DNA of 64,000 nucleotides from contig NC_068997.1 of the NCBI RefSeq assembly GCF_001194135.2, positions 4,465,231 through 4,529,230 on the forward strand. Direction: 5' to 3'. Under the pieces are notes generated by a model, which saw only the letters and a list, made by a program, of their open reading frames with translations, had not been told where the DNA came from and did no database searches. The DNA comes from Octopus bimaculoides (taxonomy: Eukaryota). A program made the position numbers and the translations under genes. This document shows, one piece after another, positions 37,337 to 50,681 of the stretch (position 1 is its first letter; every line of letters begins with the position of its first letter).

Positions 37337-37740
37337 ATTCTTGATCAAAAGTGTTCCAGCCATGGCCAGTCCGCTTTTCTTGTAAAGTTTAGTTTTAGAT
37401 ATCCTTTTTTAAAATGATCTGGTATGAATCAAGGGAAATTTAGCTACTATTTCTAGCAGATAGAGTAACCCCTTAGATGCACTAATGAATTAATAATATT
37501 CAATAATTATCACAATTAATGTTGTGTCAGCTGACAGCAATCAGATCATGTGTCCATGTGTTGCTGTTGTTTAACCCAGGTCAGACCTGATAGAGCAGAC
37601 CTGTGATTAAAGGCACTCCAGCCATGGCTATCCTGTAATTTTCCAATATGTATAGAACCTAGCACCACATCAGCCTGTGTCATTTTTTATGACGGTAAAA
37701 TAAAATGTGTGAGAGATTTGGCCACTATTTCTAGGAAATC
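37337..37740 (-). mobile_element. Dispersed repeat family D fragments (SINE-like, (CAA)n tail)
   Basis: gttgtttaacccaggtcag...aaaggcactccagccatggc is shared by 37337-37480 and 37555-37740, with reverse-complement matches at ~48860-49050 and ~49755-49810. Confidence 0.55.
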
Positions 37741-37883
37741 GAACATCTGCATAAATGTTCTTTTATGGCCCGTATTTGCGTGCGTGGGTGCCTGTGAGTA
37801 TTTACCTAACTGCGTATGTCTCTGAGTATATGTGTGTGATTGGGTAGTAGAGAAGTATTCTGTTTTGTGTGTATGTAGTAGAG

Positions 37884-37939
<56 letters not shown>

Positions 37940-38155
37940 NNNNNNNNNNNNNNNNNNNNNNNNNNNNNNNNNNNNNNNNNNNNNNNNNNNNNNNNNNNNN
38001 NNNNNNNNNNNNNNNNNNNNNNNNNNNNNNNNNNNNNNNNNNNNNNNNNNNNNNNNNNNNNNNNNNNNNNNNNNNNNNNNNNNNNNNNNNNNNNNNNNNN
38101 NNNNNNNNNNNNNNNNNNNNNNNNNNNNNNNNNNNNNNNNNNNNNNNNNNNNNNN

Positions 38156-38213
<58 letters not shown>

Positions 38214-39083
38214 GATGTGATTTGAAGGTTTGGATGTTGTTTTTAGCTTTCCAAAGAGTAGAGTTTCCTCAGCTGGTTGATGAGAAGAATGATGGAATGG
38301 TTACCAGTAAAAAATTGCAGCTCCCGTCAATCGAGAATACCATAATTAGCTCCACACTTAACTGGAGCACTAAGTCGTCATGTTGATTCTGCCTAAATTG
38401 AAACTATAATTGTCTGCGGAATACTCAATTACATACTATATAATACAGACATAGGCAAACTTCGACTCACAGGACTCTCCGAATGGTACACCAACGAAAA
38501 ATGACTTTGTTCTTTTGTTTTGTTTTGGGGAGGTTTTTGTTTGTTTTGTTTTTGTCTTTTAGTAATGCTGTCCGCCTGATAACGAATCATATCGCATGCA
38601 GTGGGTGCGCTTCTCGGAAAAAGTTGCCCTGCTTAGTTGTCTTTCGTGGAAATAGAGCACGAACTTAGATGACTGTTGTTATCATTTTTGTTGTTGTTGT
38701 CGTTGTTGTTGTTGCTTTTGTTGTTGTAGTTGTCTATTACCATTGTTGCTGTACAGGGGTGTTTCGACTTCGCTCAAGTAGACCTACAGAGATATGAAAC
38801 CCAATCACACCGGCCTAGAATTGACGTGGAACCCACAGACACATTGTTCTAATCCCACCACACCTAAGACTACTTAACAACATCTGCGTATTGTGTGGGA
38901 ATGCGTGTGTGTGTGTGTGTGTGTGAGTGTGTGTGCATGTGGGGATTAGCCCATTATAGTATACAGAGAGAAGTACAGCCGTTGTTAGGTGTTACATCAG
39001 TACAGCTGATAACAATTGATAGGGCTTTCAAAGGTTGTTGATGATGTCAAGGGGCATTCGCATTTTTCGAAATGAACAGATAT

Positions 39084-39299
39084 TCCTTTCTACTATAGGC
39101 ATAAGGCCTGAAATTTGGGGGGAGGGGACCAGTCGATTACACCGACTACACTGTTTCACTGGTACTTACTTTATTGACCCCGAAAGGATAAAAGTCAAAG
39201 TCGACTCCGGTGGCATCTGAACTCAGAACATAAAGACAGACGAAATACCGCTAAGCATTTTGTCCGGCATGCTAACGATTCAGCCAGTTTGCCGCCTTA
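39084..39299 (-). mobile_element. SINE family B with imperfect TSD
   Basis: Flanked by aatgaacagatatt / aatgaacacctatt. Confidence 0.85.
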
Positions 39300-40318
39300 G
39301 AATGAACACCTATTGTTTCTAAGATATGAAGTGAGCTATTGGATTACACACACACACACANNNNNNNNNNNNNNNNNNNNNNNNNNNNNNNNNNNNNNNN
39401 NNNNNNNNNNNNNNNNNNNNNNNNNNNNNNNNNNNNNNNNNNNNNNNNNNNNNNNNNNNNNNNNNNNNNNNNNNNNNNNNNNNNNNNNNNNNNNNNNNNN
39501 NNNNNNNNNNNNNNNNNNNNNNNNNNNNNNNNNNNNNNNNNNNNNNNNNNNNNNNNNNNNNNNNNNNNNNNNNNNNNNNNNNNNNNNNNNNNNNNNNNNN
39601 NNNNNNNNNNNNNNNNNNNNNNNNNNNNNNNNNNNNNNNNNNNNNNNNNNNNNNNNNNNNNNNNNNNNNNNNNNNNNNNNNNNNNNNNNNNNNNNNNNNN
39701 NNNNNNNNNNNNNNNNNNNNNNNNNNNNNNNNNNNNNNNNNNNNNNNNNNNNNNNNNNNNNNNNAATTTGGGGGGAGGGGACCAGTCGATTACACCGACT
39801 ACACTGTTTCACTGGTTCAGATGCCACCTTCAGATTTCTACCTGTCTCAGTCTCATCAAAATTCATTGAATGGTCAGACATTCAACTTTGAAGATGTATA
39901 AATCTCTGTGCAAAAGTTTTTACACATAAAGACAAGAAATTATTTGAGCCAGAAACAAAGGATCTGCACACAAGATGGCAGAAGATACCGGAATGAAGCA
40001 ATAATCATTGATTGAATAAATCGCTTTGTTTAAAACCTGTGTCTTATTTTCGATTAAAGTACCCGAATGGAGTTTATAAATAATTTTGTCAGTATATCTA
40101 GCCTTGGCGAGTACTTCGCTATAATAACATGTATTTGACACGAATAGATAAAATTCGGTTTTAAGAGAACTCCAAGTAGATAAAGTAGATAAAGCTATAT
40201 TACATAATTAATAAAAATATAAATACGCAATATGTGTATGTATATGTATATATGTATATACATATATATATATATATATATATTATAGACATATTTATAT
40301 ATTATATACATATGTGTT

Positions 40319-40548
40319 ATTTCTTTACTACCCACAAGGGGCTACACACAGAGGGGAGAAACAAGGACAGACAAATGGATTAAGTCGATTATACCGACCC
40401 CAGTGCGTAACTGGTACTTATTTAATCGACCGCGAAAGGATGAAAGGCAAAGTCGACCTCGGCGGAATTTGAACTCAGAACGTAGCGGCAGACGAAATAC
40501 CGCTAAGCATTTTGCCCGGCGTGCTAACGTTTCTGCCAGCTCGCCGCC
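40319..40548 (-). mobile_element. SINE family B with long tail
   Basis: Family consensus. acatatgtgt on both sides (possible TSD). Confidence 0.85.
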
Positions 40549-41477
40549 ACATATGTGTGTGTGTGTGTGNNNNNNNNNNNNNNNNNNNNNNNNNNNNNNN
40601 NNNNNNNNNNNNNNNNNNNNNNNNNNNNNNNNNNNNNNNNNNNNNNNNNNNNNNNNNNNNNNNNNNNNNNNNNNNNNNNNNNNNNNNNNNNNNNNNNNNN
40701 NNNNNNNNNNNNNNNNNNNNNNNNNNNNNNNNNNNNNNNNNNNNNNNNNNNNNNNNNNNNNNNNNNNNNNNNNNNNNNNNNNNNNNNNNNNNNNNNNNNN
40801 NNNNNNNNNNNNNNNNNNNNNNNNNNNNNNNNNNNNNNNNNNNNNNNNNNNNNNNNNNNNNNNNNNNNNNNNNNNNNNNNNNNNNNNNNNNNNNNNNNNN
40901 NNNNNNNNNNNNNNNNNNNNNNNNNNNNNNNNNNNNNNNNNNNNNNNNNNNNNNNNNNNNNNNNNNNNNNNNNNNNNNNNNNNNNNNNNNNNNNNNNNNN
41001 NNNNNNNNNNNNNNNNNNNNNNNNNNNNNNNNNNNNNNNNNNNNNNNNNNNNNNNNNNNNNNNNNNNNNNNNNNNNNNNNNNNNNNNNNNNNNNNNNNNN
41101 NNNNNNNNNNNNNNNNNNNNNNNNNNNNNNNNNNNNNNNNNNNNNNNNNNNNNNNNNNNNNNNNNNNNNNNNNNNNNNNNNNNNNNNNNNNNNNNNNNNN
41201 NNNNNNNNNNNNNNNNNNNNNNNNNNNNNNNNNNNNNNNNNTTTCGGGATAACGTTGAATAAAGGAGGACCATTTGAGATGAGAAAAAAGTCGCGTCACA
41301 ATGTTCTTAAGTGATGTGAGCTTGTCTTTTATAGGGGGTGCGGAACGGGGACCTAGCCTAGGATGACTTGTAAACTTGATTCCGACAGCGTTTGGATAAT
41401 ATGGGTGTAATATTTTCTACATAGTTCAAATAATATAGCGACGTTGGAGAGAATAGTAATAAAATATATATAATATA

Positions 41478-41685
41478 TAATGATTTCAAGTTTTGGCACA
41501 AGGCCAGCAATTTGGAGGAAGCTAGTAAGACTGTTACATCGATCCTAGTGCTCAACTGGTACATATTGTATCCACCCCGAAAAGATGAAAGGCAAATTCG
41601 ACCTCGGCGGAATTTGAACTAAGATGGTTAAGAAGGACGAAATTCTGCTAAGCATTTTGCCCGGCATACTAGCTATTACGCCAGC
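41478..41685 (-). mobile_element. SINE family B
   Basis: Reverse complement of the family consensus. Confidence 0.8.
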
Positions 41686-42105
41686 AATAATATATAATAT
41701 TATTATATAATATAAATAATATTATATAATATAATATGTATAGGGGCGGGACAAAATTAGTAAACGGGATAAAATGAGTAGTTTCTGATTTTTCCTCATT
41801 TTCTCCCTACCTGCTTGAAATTATTATATTGCAAGTATTTTCACTTTTGTATCATCTTTTGATGTAAAAACTGGCCAGAATAGTTGTTGTTATTAAAGTT
41901 GCGAGACTTTGAAACATAATCAGGTAACAGGTATTTTTTTTTTCAATGATTTTTTCCTTAGCTTTGACCTGATCACACTGGGCAATAGAATTTTTTATTT
42001 ATTTATTATTTTTTTTTTTGTTGCCTGGAATCACAGAACAAAACAAAGTACAAATAAAAATTCAAAATTCAAAATGCACATTGGCAAAGACTTTTGGCAG
42101 AAAAT

Positions 42106-42315
42106 TCAAGGAATAGATTTACGCTTCTTTGTGCACCGCGAATGTTGAGCAACAGGAGTATCTCGCTTTAAACACCAGCAATAGTCTGCCATCATCACAG
42201 CGTCCCAACGTCCTTGGTACTGAGTTTCCATCTCCTTGATGTCCGGAATCGTTCGCCTTGTTCATCGCTAACATCTCCGAGATTTCCAGGAAAACGATCA
42301 AGATGACTAAAAAGA
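42106..42315 (-). mobile_element. DNA transposase C-terminal relic, Chapaev3 (CMC)-like
   Basis: FSHLDRFPGNLGDVSDEQGERF / DIKEMETQYQGRWDAVMMADYCWCLKRD...KKRKSIP* with a small deletion frameshift. Superfamily assignment is from recall of this motif. Confidence 0.7.
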
Positions 42316-42323
42316 TGACTACG

Positions 42324-42445
42324 TTAGGGTACACGTGGTGTATGGTGGAGTACTCAGCCACTTGCGCATTAATTTCATAAGCAGCCTTTTTCGTTGATTG
42401 GATCAACTGGAACACTCGTCGTCGTAACCGACGGAGTGCCAGTTA
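42324..42445 (+). mobile_element. SINE family A 3' fragment
   Basis: ggagtactcagccacttgc...ggatcaactggaacactcgtcgtcgtaaccgacggagtgcca. Confidence 0.8.
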
Positions 42446-42469
42446 TCTATCTCTCTATCTATCTATTTA

Positions 42470-42504
<35 letters not shown>

Positions 42505-42542
42505 NNNNNNNNNNNNNNNNNNNNNNNNNNNNNNNNNNNNNN

Positions 42543-42581
<39 letters not shown>

Positions 42582-42583
42582 TA

Positions 42584-43713
42584 TTGGGTCATCCCATGAA
42601 TAATGCAGTTTTTTTAATTACATGAATTAAAAGTTAGAGGGTGACCTGCATCAACTTGCTATAAAAGAAGGTATAAATTTGTCCTTTTTCTTAGTGCAAG
42701 TTTTGAAGAGTGCAGTTCGATTCTAACAGTTATTTTTTAAAGCTATAAAGGAAGTGACAAACGCGCATATTCAGTATATTTTACTTTACAGAAAGTGAGA
42801 GAAGTATTAATGCAGTATATGGGAGTCGGGCAATAAGCGTAAGCTAGTGTGAACGGTGGTTCTAGAAATTGTGAGCTGGAGACTACAGCCTAGAAGTCGA
42901 GTCTCGTCCTGGAAGATCTATAGAGCCCGATGAGGACGTCCTGCAAACCTTGGTGGAACAAAATCCCCTCGTAACTATTGAGGAACTAGCAGAGAAGCTT
43001 GGATTTGGTTATTCATCAATTCATCGACACCTGCGTGCTATCAGAAAAGTCAGCAAATTGGGTCAATGGATTCCTCACGATTCTAATCGCGAGCAGAGAG
43101 TGAATGTCTGTTCTTCTTTGCTGTCACGTCTAACGAATGAACCTTTGTCAAGCGCTGGAGACAGTGGGTAGGGAAAAGAGAAACACTGGTACCCCAGGCT
43201 AAAGCAGGTCTTCACCCACGTAAAGTGTTGCTATCTGTATGGTGGGATATACAAGGTTTAGTCCACTTTGAATTTTTAAGCCCAAACTAAACGATAACGA
43301 AGGAGATCTACTGTGAGCAGCTTGAGCGGCTTAAGTCAGCGCTAGAAGAAAAACGACCATCTTTGGTTTCAAGACGAAAGGCGTTCTTCATCAGGATAAC
43401 GCTCAATCACATAGAACGAGTGTGACATTCCAAAGGCTGGAGCAGTTTGAATGGGGAACGATGCCCCACCCACCATATTCGCCGGACATTGCCCCATCTG
43501 ATTATCATTTATTCCGCAGTCTTCAAAATTATTTTGATGGCAAAAATATGAATTCAGTAGACGTGGCCAGAACAGTACTGGAGGAGTATTTTTCGTGACA
43601 GACAAAAGACATTTTGGAAGAGGGGCCTTGCAAGTCTACCAGATAGATGGAAGAGCATTGTAGAAAATGAAGGAGTGTATATTTTAGATTAAAAAAGAAC
43701 TTTCTTTATCTTA
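42584..43713 (+). mobile_element. Mariner (D,D34D-type) element, decayed, right end lost in gap
   Basis: TA|ttgggtcatcccatgaataatgc TIR. Transposase pieces IEELAEKLG..SIHRHL..KLGQWIPH; HPRKVLLSVWWD; HQDNA; HPPYSPDIAPSDYHLFRSLQN; EGVYILD* (TAA 43690-43692). Confidence 0.95.
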
Positions 43714-43779
43714 ATTTTGAAAANNNNNNNNNNTTTTTTTTTTTTTTTTTCAAAGTTTCAGCTCAGAGCTGCGGCCATG

Positions 43780-43813
<34 letters not shown>

Positions 43814-44332
43814 ATACATGCAGAATTATATGTATGTATATATGTTATGTGTGCATGTGTTTGTGTATGTGTGTGCGAATAGTGCATTTCGAGGTAGAAA
43901 GAAGAAATCATGTGACAACGTGTTTCATTGGTCGTAATTGCATGACCAACGGTTATCATCCCTTCACTGTTCTCATCCAACATTTGATGTCGAGTTCCAG
44001 GTGCATTAAAATCAGAACAATGGCTTCAATGTAAAGTACACCATCCATGTTTCCACCCGTAACTGGGTGGAATTACAAATCATTTCAAGAACAAACAAAC
44101 ATGTTTCAGTGTAGTTCTACATGTTGTTGCTGCTACATAGGTTCCTATTTGCTGTTACTGTTGGTATTGTTGTTGTGGCTGCTGCTGCTGCTGTTGTTGT
44201 TGTTGTTGTTGTTAATAATGTTCGTATTGCTTTACATGATGTTGTTCCTGTTATTTTTATCCTTGCTGTTGATATTGACATTTTTATTAATGTTCTTGTT
44301 AGCGACGGTTGACAGCGATGCGGGTGTTATTG

Positions 44333-44364
<32 letters not shown>

Positions 44365-45849
44365 GGTGGTGGTAGTGGTGGTGATTTTGACGCTATCTCA
44401 TTTTTGTTGTTGCTAAAGACGATAACATCCTTTTTTTACTTACTTTTTTCTTTATCTTAGTGTTTTATTTTTTGGCGGTTGTCATTCTTGGCATTATTAT
44501 TTCAATCGTTAATACTGTTGTTGTTGTTGTTGCTGCTGCTGTTGTTGTTATTGCTATCGTTGTGTGCTTGTGTGTGTGTGTGTGTGTACGTGTGTGTGTG
44601 TGCGCGCGTGCATGTGTGTTGTTTTTCGATGAAGAAACTATTTTCTTGCCAGCGATATGAAGATGACACCGCCATTGCAAGTAGACAAACGTCTCTAGAC
44701 ATAAACGAGGCAATTGCTAGGATATAGAATTACCGCCATCACCACTAACACCGCCGTCACCACCACTACTAATACTAATAATACGACAACTAGCGACCAC
44801 AAATGAATAGTTAGTGGCTCTAAAGCCCATAGCCACAGTTACAGCTTGATCAGTAAGGAATAGTGGCCATTAATGACAAAGTTACCATCCATCAAAATGG
44901 CTGCCAGAAGGCATTAAAAGCTGGAATATAATTAATGACATTGACACCACACATACACACATATACACACGTATACACGTGTATACATACAGAGACATAT
45001 AGATGCACATTTATGCACATATAAATATATACACGTTTATGCACACACACACACACACATATACACGTGTATACATATATAGATAGATATAGATACACAT
45101 TTAAACACATAAATATAGAGACGGTTATACACGTACACATATACATCTATACATACAGAGACATATAGATACACATTTATACACGTATAAATATATACAC
45201 TTTTATACAGACATACACGTGCACATGCGCATGCATATACATCTATATATACACATATATACTCGTAGATATTCGGATTTATCATGTACACACATTATTA
45301 CACACATATACACAGATATGTATACATATATATAATATTACTACATGTCTATCTATCATACACATAGACACATATATACGCATGTATACTCAAATATACA
45401 CATGCACATATTCACATATCTACACACATACATATACAATGATAAATATGCATATTATTTTTATGTTCTTTTTCTCACTATTTCGCAGCGTTTATACGTG
45501 TATGTCATTTACGTGTGTGTGTGTGTGAAGTGCGTTTTTACGTGTGCGTATGTTTACGCATGTGTGTCTCTAACTATATGGCTTTAGATGTGACTTTATA
45601 TGTGTGTGTGTGTGTGTATATCCTTGCGTGTCAAAGCGTGTATATCATTATATGCATATGTAAGTACGTGTACATGTGCACGCATCTATTTGTCTTTACC
45701 GTGCGCGCGTGCGTGTGTGTGCATGTGTGCATATGTATTAGGAGTTTGTGTATGTACGTGTGTTTTAGCGATTTGCGTACATATGTGTATATTTTTGGTA
45801 CTAAGGCATATGAATATGCATCTGTATTTGGCATTAGCGTATGTATATG

Positions 45850-46848
45850 TTACTGGTACCGTATCCCATATTCTTCGCAATGATTCTGTAAACTACAGAA
45901 CAAATGGTAATCTGAAGCAGCAAGGTCTGGGGGATAAGGCAGGTAAGCAATTTTCTCCCAGTCAAGTTCCTCCATCTTCTGTGACGTGATCTTTGCATTG
46001 TGGGGTCTTACATTGTCCTGACAAAACACCTCTCCCTTTCGATTCACAAGAGCAAGCAATTTTTTCTGCAGGGTAGCGTTCAAATGCTGTAATTGCTGAC
46101 AGTAGATTGGAGCATTGATCGTTCGTATGGAGATTTTTTTTATCAGTTGTGGTTGGGTCTTTTCCCCTTCAGCAAGCCAACATCTACGACGCTTGACATT
46201 TTGATAAAAAGACCTATTTTTCATCACCGGTCATCGGCCTGTCCAAAAAAGGCGAGATGAGTTCATGCGAACGACGAGAGAGGATGTCCACTCAGGATTT
46301 GTGGTTGGCTTCAGACAAATCATTTCCGAGTTTGGGGGCCTTTCCAAGTTGTTGAAGTTGGCGGTGAATAGTTGTATGACTTGAACGAAGGTTGCTTGCC
46401 AATTCTTCAGCTGAAACTGCATGATCTTTTTCAAGTTCTGCCAAAAGGAGCTTGTCATGAAACTCAGTTGGACGTCCTGTTCGGGCCTCATTTTCTAGGC
46501 TGAAATTTCTACTTCTGAATTTTACAAACGATCTTCTGCAAGTTATTTCATTCAGGTACTCTTCTCCATAAGCTGAGTGAATATTTCGACTCGCTTCAGC
46601 TGCAGAGTTCCGATTTTTAAGCTCATAAAGCATTATGTGCCTCAAATGCTCCTTAGACACTTTCATGTGTGAAGAGCAATAATTAGTGAAAATTCAATTA
46701 GATTATCCTGCAAAATGATGTTTAATTACTTCATATCTGTTAAATACATATAAATATTACTTGATACCTTTAGACATTCTAAAATACTGTTAAAGCGTTT
46801 ACAATTTGAAAATATAGAAGCACGAACATTACTTAGAGGATGACCTGA
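45850..46848 (-). mobile_element. Mariner element, decayed with internal deletions
   Basis: TA|tcaggtcatcctctaagtaatg TIR, similar to 42584. MKVSKEHLRHIMLYE...ARTGRPTEF; QDNVRPH; YPPDLAASDYHLFCSLQNH. Confidence 0.95.
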
Positions 46849-46854
46849 TATATA

Positions 46855-46965
46855 CAGGGTGCGGTAAATAAATTGTCATCTAAACTACGCAAAAATGAAA
46901 ATAACATTGACATCTCATTTTAACAGATATATTTACCAAAATTGCATAAAAATATCATGAAATAC
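46855..46965 (+). mobile_element. Tc1/mariner-type terminal fragment (same family as 23475-23567)
   Basis: TA|cagggtgcgg...catctaaactacgcaaaaatgaaaataacattgacatctcattttaa. Confidence 0.6.
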
Positions 46966-47273
46966 TAAATACAAGCTGAAAAATGTATGTTTTACTGGTT
47001 GTTTAAATAGCAATAAAGAATTTCCTTACAAGTATACACACAAAAATGGAAAGTATATTTAAAAAATACAAAAACATGTGTGTAGAAGAAGAAGAAGATA
47101 AAAGGATAAATTTCTAAAGATTATTAATATATTGTAATTTTTCGTGAAACTTACTATGAGAGTTGAATTTGCAACTATCACTTGTCATTTATACTTCGTA
47201 AAATGATAAAACCATCATTACGGTGGAAACCGAACGCTGCAGTCTGTATGGACGTAAATAAGTGTACATTTAT

Positions 47274-47304
<31 letters not shown>

Positions 47305-47660
47305 TATGTATACATATATATATATATACATATATGCACATAAATATGATCGCTCAAGCCTATTAATTCAAAACCTCAACTCCATGACACGATCCCATGA
47401 CATAATTGCTGGACATTACTTTTAACCCCAAAATAATAATTATTATAAAATATGAAAAGTTTCTTAGCAATCATAGTTATATTGCTTTTAGAATTGGTAA
47501 TTGTAATAAAACTTCTTTCTCGATTTAGTTATATAGACAGGTAGAACTCTATGACGTCGAGCTGCATAAATTTACAAAGGTGCATGTTAACTGTGTTGTT
47601 GAGCCACTCGACAACTGGTAAATTATTATTCTATGACGGAATAGGAGGGACCTGTATAAT

Positions 47661-47873
47661 CCTTTCTGCTATAGGCACAATGCCTGAAATTATGGAGGGA
47701 GGGAGATTGTCGATTACATCGACCCCCAGTACTCAACTGGTACTTAATTTATCGACGAAATGACGAAAGGTAAAGTCGATCTCGGTGGAATTTGAACTCA
47801 GAACGTAGCTGCAGACGAATCATCACTAAGCATTTCGCCCAGCGTTCTAACGACTCTGCCAGCTTACCGCCTT
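47661..47873 (-). mobile_element. SINE family B with 15-bp TSD
   Basis: agggacctgtataat at 47646-47660 and 47874-47888. Confidence 0.95.
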
Positions 47874-48198
47874 AGGGACCTGTATAATATCAAAACTAAC
47901 AGGATGTAAAATACTTCTGCTTACTCAACTTTTCTTATTTTTTTCCTTGCAGTTATTCCTCTAGACTCAACTTAGCAACAAAATACCGCTGTGATTGTTA
48001 GAAGTAATGTTTGTTTTATTTCAAGGCAGGCGCCCTTTGCTTTTGTTTCTAAATTAAGAGTGAAGTAAGTGTTAGAGTCGTTTTCTTTACCACTGTTGGT
48101 GATATTGTTGTGAAAGTGTCTTCGGTGTGTGTCGATATTAGTCTCATGCATATCTTTCGTGCTCTTCTGAAAAAAAACATGGATGCATTTGGAGATAT

Positions 48199-48400
48199 CC
48201 TTTTCTATTCTAGGCACAAGGCCCGGAATTTTGGGGGAGGGGGCCAATCGATTATATCGACTCCAGATTGCAACTGGTACTTAATTTATCGACCCCGAAA
48301 GGATGAAAGGCAAAGTCGACCTCGGCGGAATTTGAACTCAGAACGTAAAGACAGACGAAATACTGCTAGGCATTTCGTCCGGCGTGCTAACGTTTCTGCC
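48199..48400 (-). mobile_element. SINE family B
   Basis: Reverse complement of the family consensus. Confidence 0.85.
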
Positions 48401-49634
48401 TTTTGGAGATACCATTAGGATTTTGTTAAATCTTTCTACAACATGACCTAAAAAGTTGTTAAATGATTTTTTAAAGGATAACAGACTGAAATGTTTCAGG
48501 TCTTTTTTGCGGGGCGGGAGGAGGTGATTTACGATATTTGGAGTTGAACTCGTTTCCCTTGAACGTGACTTCATATTTTATGATAACGACTATATGATCA
48601 TGGTGGTGACGATGATGACGACAATGACGATGATGGTTGTAGCGGGGGGGGGTCTTCGTGGTGTTCATGTTGACGATGAAGACGACGTTGATGATGATGA
48701 CGATCATATTCATCATCACCATCATCATCATCAGCAGCAGCAGTAGCAGCAAGGTTGGATGCTAAATAAAGACGACTAAAATTCGAGAAACAGACCTCAA
48801 TAACATTAGCAGCACCATCACCAACAACAATAGGAAATTCTACATGGTCGCTCAATAATTTCTAGAAATAGCAGTCAAATGCTACTCAAGCAACAGTTGC
48901 TATTTTAAACAAGAAGTCCTAAAAAACTACCTGAAAACAAGATGTAGTGGGCAATGCTAGAACGCTTTGATTATATCGCAGCTGACCTGTTAAAAAGAGT
49001 AGCCAAATCTTCATCAAACCACACACTACCATCTTTAAAAGATTCGCTAGTGTAATTATGTCTGTGTGCATGCATGCATATATGTATATATCTATGTATA
49101 TATGTTTGTATGGACGTATATGTATGTATGTATATATATGCATGTTTGTATGTATGTGCATTTATATATATACATATATGTATATATACACACTCACACA
49201 CACGAGCGTGTATGTGTGTGAGCCTATGTATGCATATATGTATGTATCTGAATATATGTATGTACGTGTGAGTCATCTCGAGGCACACAGACATAATGGA
49301 GATTATCAGAGTGCTATAGATTAATTGAGGAGGCTATCACCTGTCAAGATGAAGCGATCATCGTACATGTGTATGTATGTATATGTTTATAAATATACAT
49401 ATATATACATGAATGCAAAAATACACACATGAACACACATACACACACATATATACATATATATACATGAATGCAANNNNNNNNNNNNNNNNNNNNNNNN
49501 NNNNNNNNNNNNNNNNNNNNNNNNNNNNNNNNNNNNNNNNNNNNNNNNNNNNATATATATATACATATATTGAGACAGACAAACAGGCAGGCAGGCAGAC
49601 AGGCCCACTGACAGACAGACAGACAGGTAGAGAA

Positions 49635-49703
<69 letters not shown>

Positions 49704-50124
49704 AAGATGAAGTCACGGTTTTACCGCCTCCGAAAATCTATCTACTCAATCGTAGCCGACCTGGGGCTGAACAATACACCATCCCTACCAAGAACAGCAA
49801 CAACAACAACAATTAAAAAGGAATCTCCCAATATCAATGCCACCCACGTGACCCATGTGACTAACTACATCAATATACAATTATCGATCTTCCACGATTT
49901 CACTTAATTTGATTCCAATTCGAAATTGGGTCATTATTACACCTTTTTCTCTTTATTGATGAAATTATTTCATTATTTATTGTATGTTTTGTGGGGATAT
50001 TTTTTGTTTTATTTTAGATCTATTGTTGTTGTTGTTGTGTAAGATGTGGGGGGGGGGGGAAGTCTTCGTTCCTTTAATTCTTTTTCGATATTGGTTGATG
50101 GTTTTATGAGGTCTATCGGTCACC

Positions 50125-50580
50125 TCAAACACCACTAACACCACCACCACAACCACCACTACCACCGCTACTACTACCATCATCTCTACCACTACCATTA
50201 CCACCACCACTACCTCCACCACTACTGCTACTACTACCACCACTACTACTACAACTACCATCACCACTACCACTACTACCAACATTATGACTACCACAAT
50301 CTCCACCAACATTACCACCATCACCACTACTACTAATATTACTACTGTGACAACGACCGCAACTGTCACAGTTTCTACTTTCACTACCACTGCTGCTACC
50401 ACCATTACTTCTACGACAGCCACCACTACTACTAAAACCATCACCACAAACACTACAACCACCGTCACCACTGTTAGAACTACCAGCTTCAGTATCACCA
50501 TTATGAAACTTATCTCCCAATAATGCCAACACTACCACCAACACCACCACCACTGCCACTACAACTATTCCTACTAGCAC
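50125..50580. repeat. (ACC/ACT)n trinucleotide low-complexity tract
   Basis: Direct inspection. Confidence 0.9.
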
Positions 50581-50595
50581 CATTCATAATTACAG

Positions 50596-50681
50596 GTACA
50601 CCAATTGCAGGATGGGTGGAGGTGGATGACAGCGGAACGGTCTCTAACGCTTGGATTCAGACGTTTGGAGACAAACGTTAA
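50596..50681 (+). CDS. Candidate terminal coding exon, unknown protein
   Basis: ttacag| acceptor, then (G)TPIAGWVEVDDSGTVSNAWIQTFGDKR*. Complex, GC-balanced island between simple repeats. No homology recognised. Confidence 0.3.

Noticed and set aside
40085-40115. Helitron-like 3' end (small hairpin plus CTAG), and ACTAG..CCCGG..CGGG at ~2605-2635
   Set aside because: Short motifs without a matching second terminus.
44652-44727. RYEDDTAIASRQ resembling RT YADD, or an exon
   Set aside because: 24 codons with no flanking RT motifs and no donor site.
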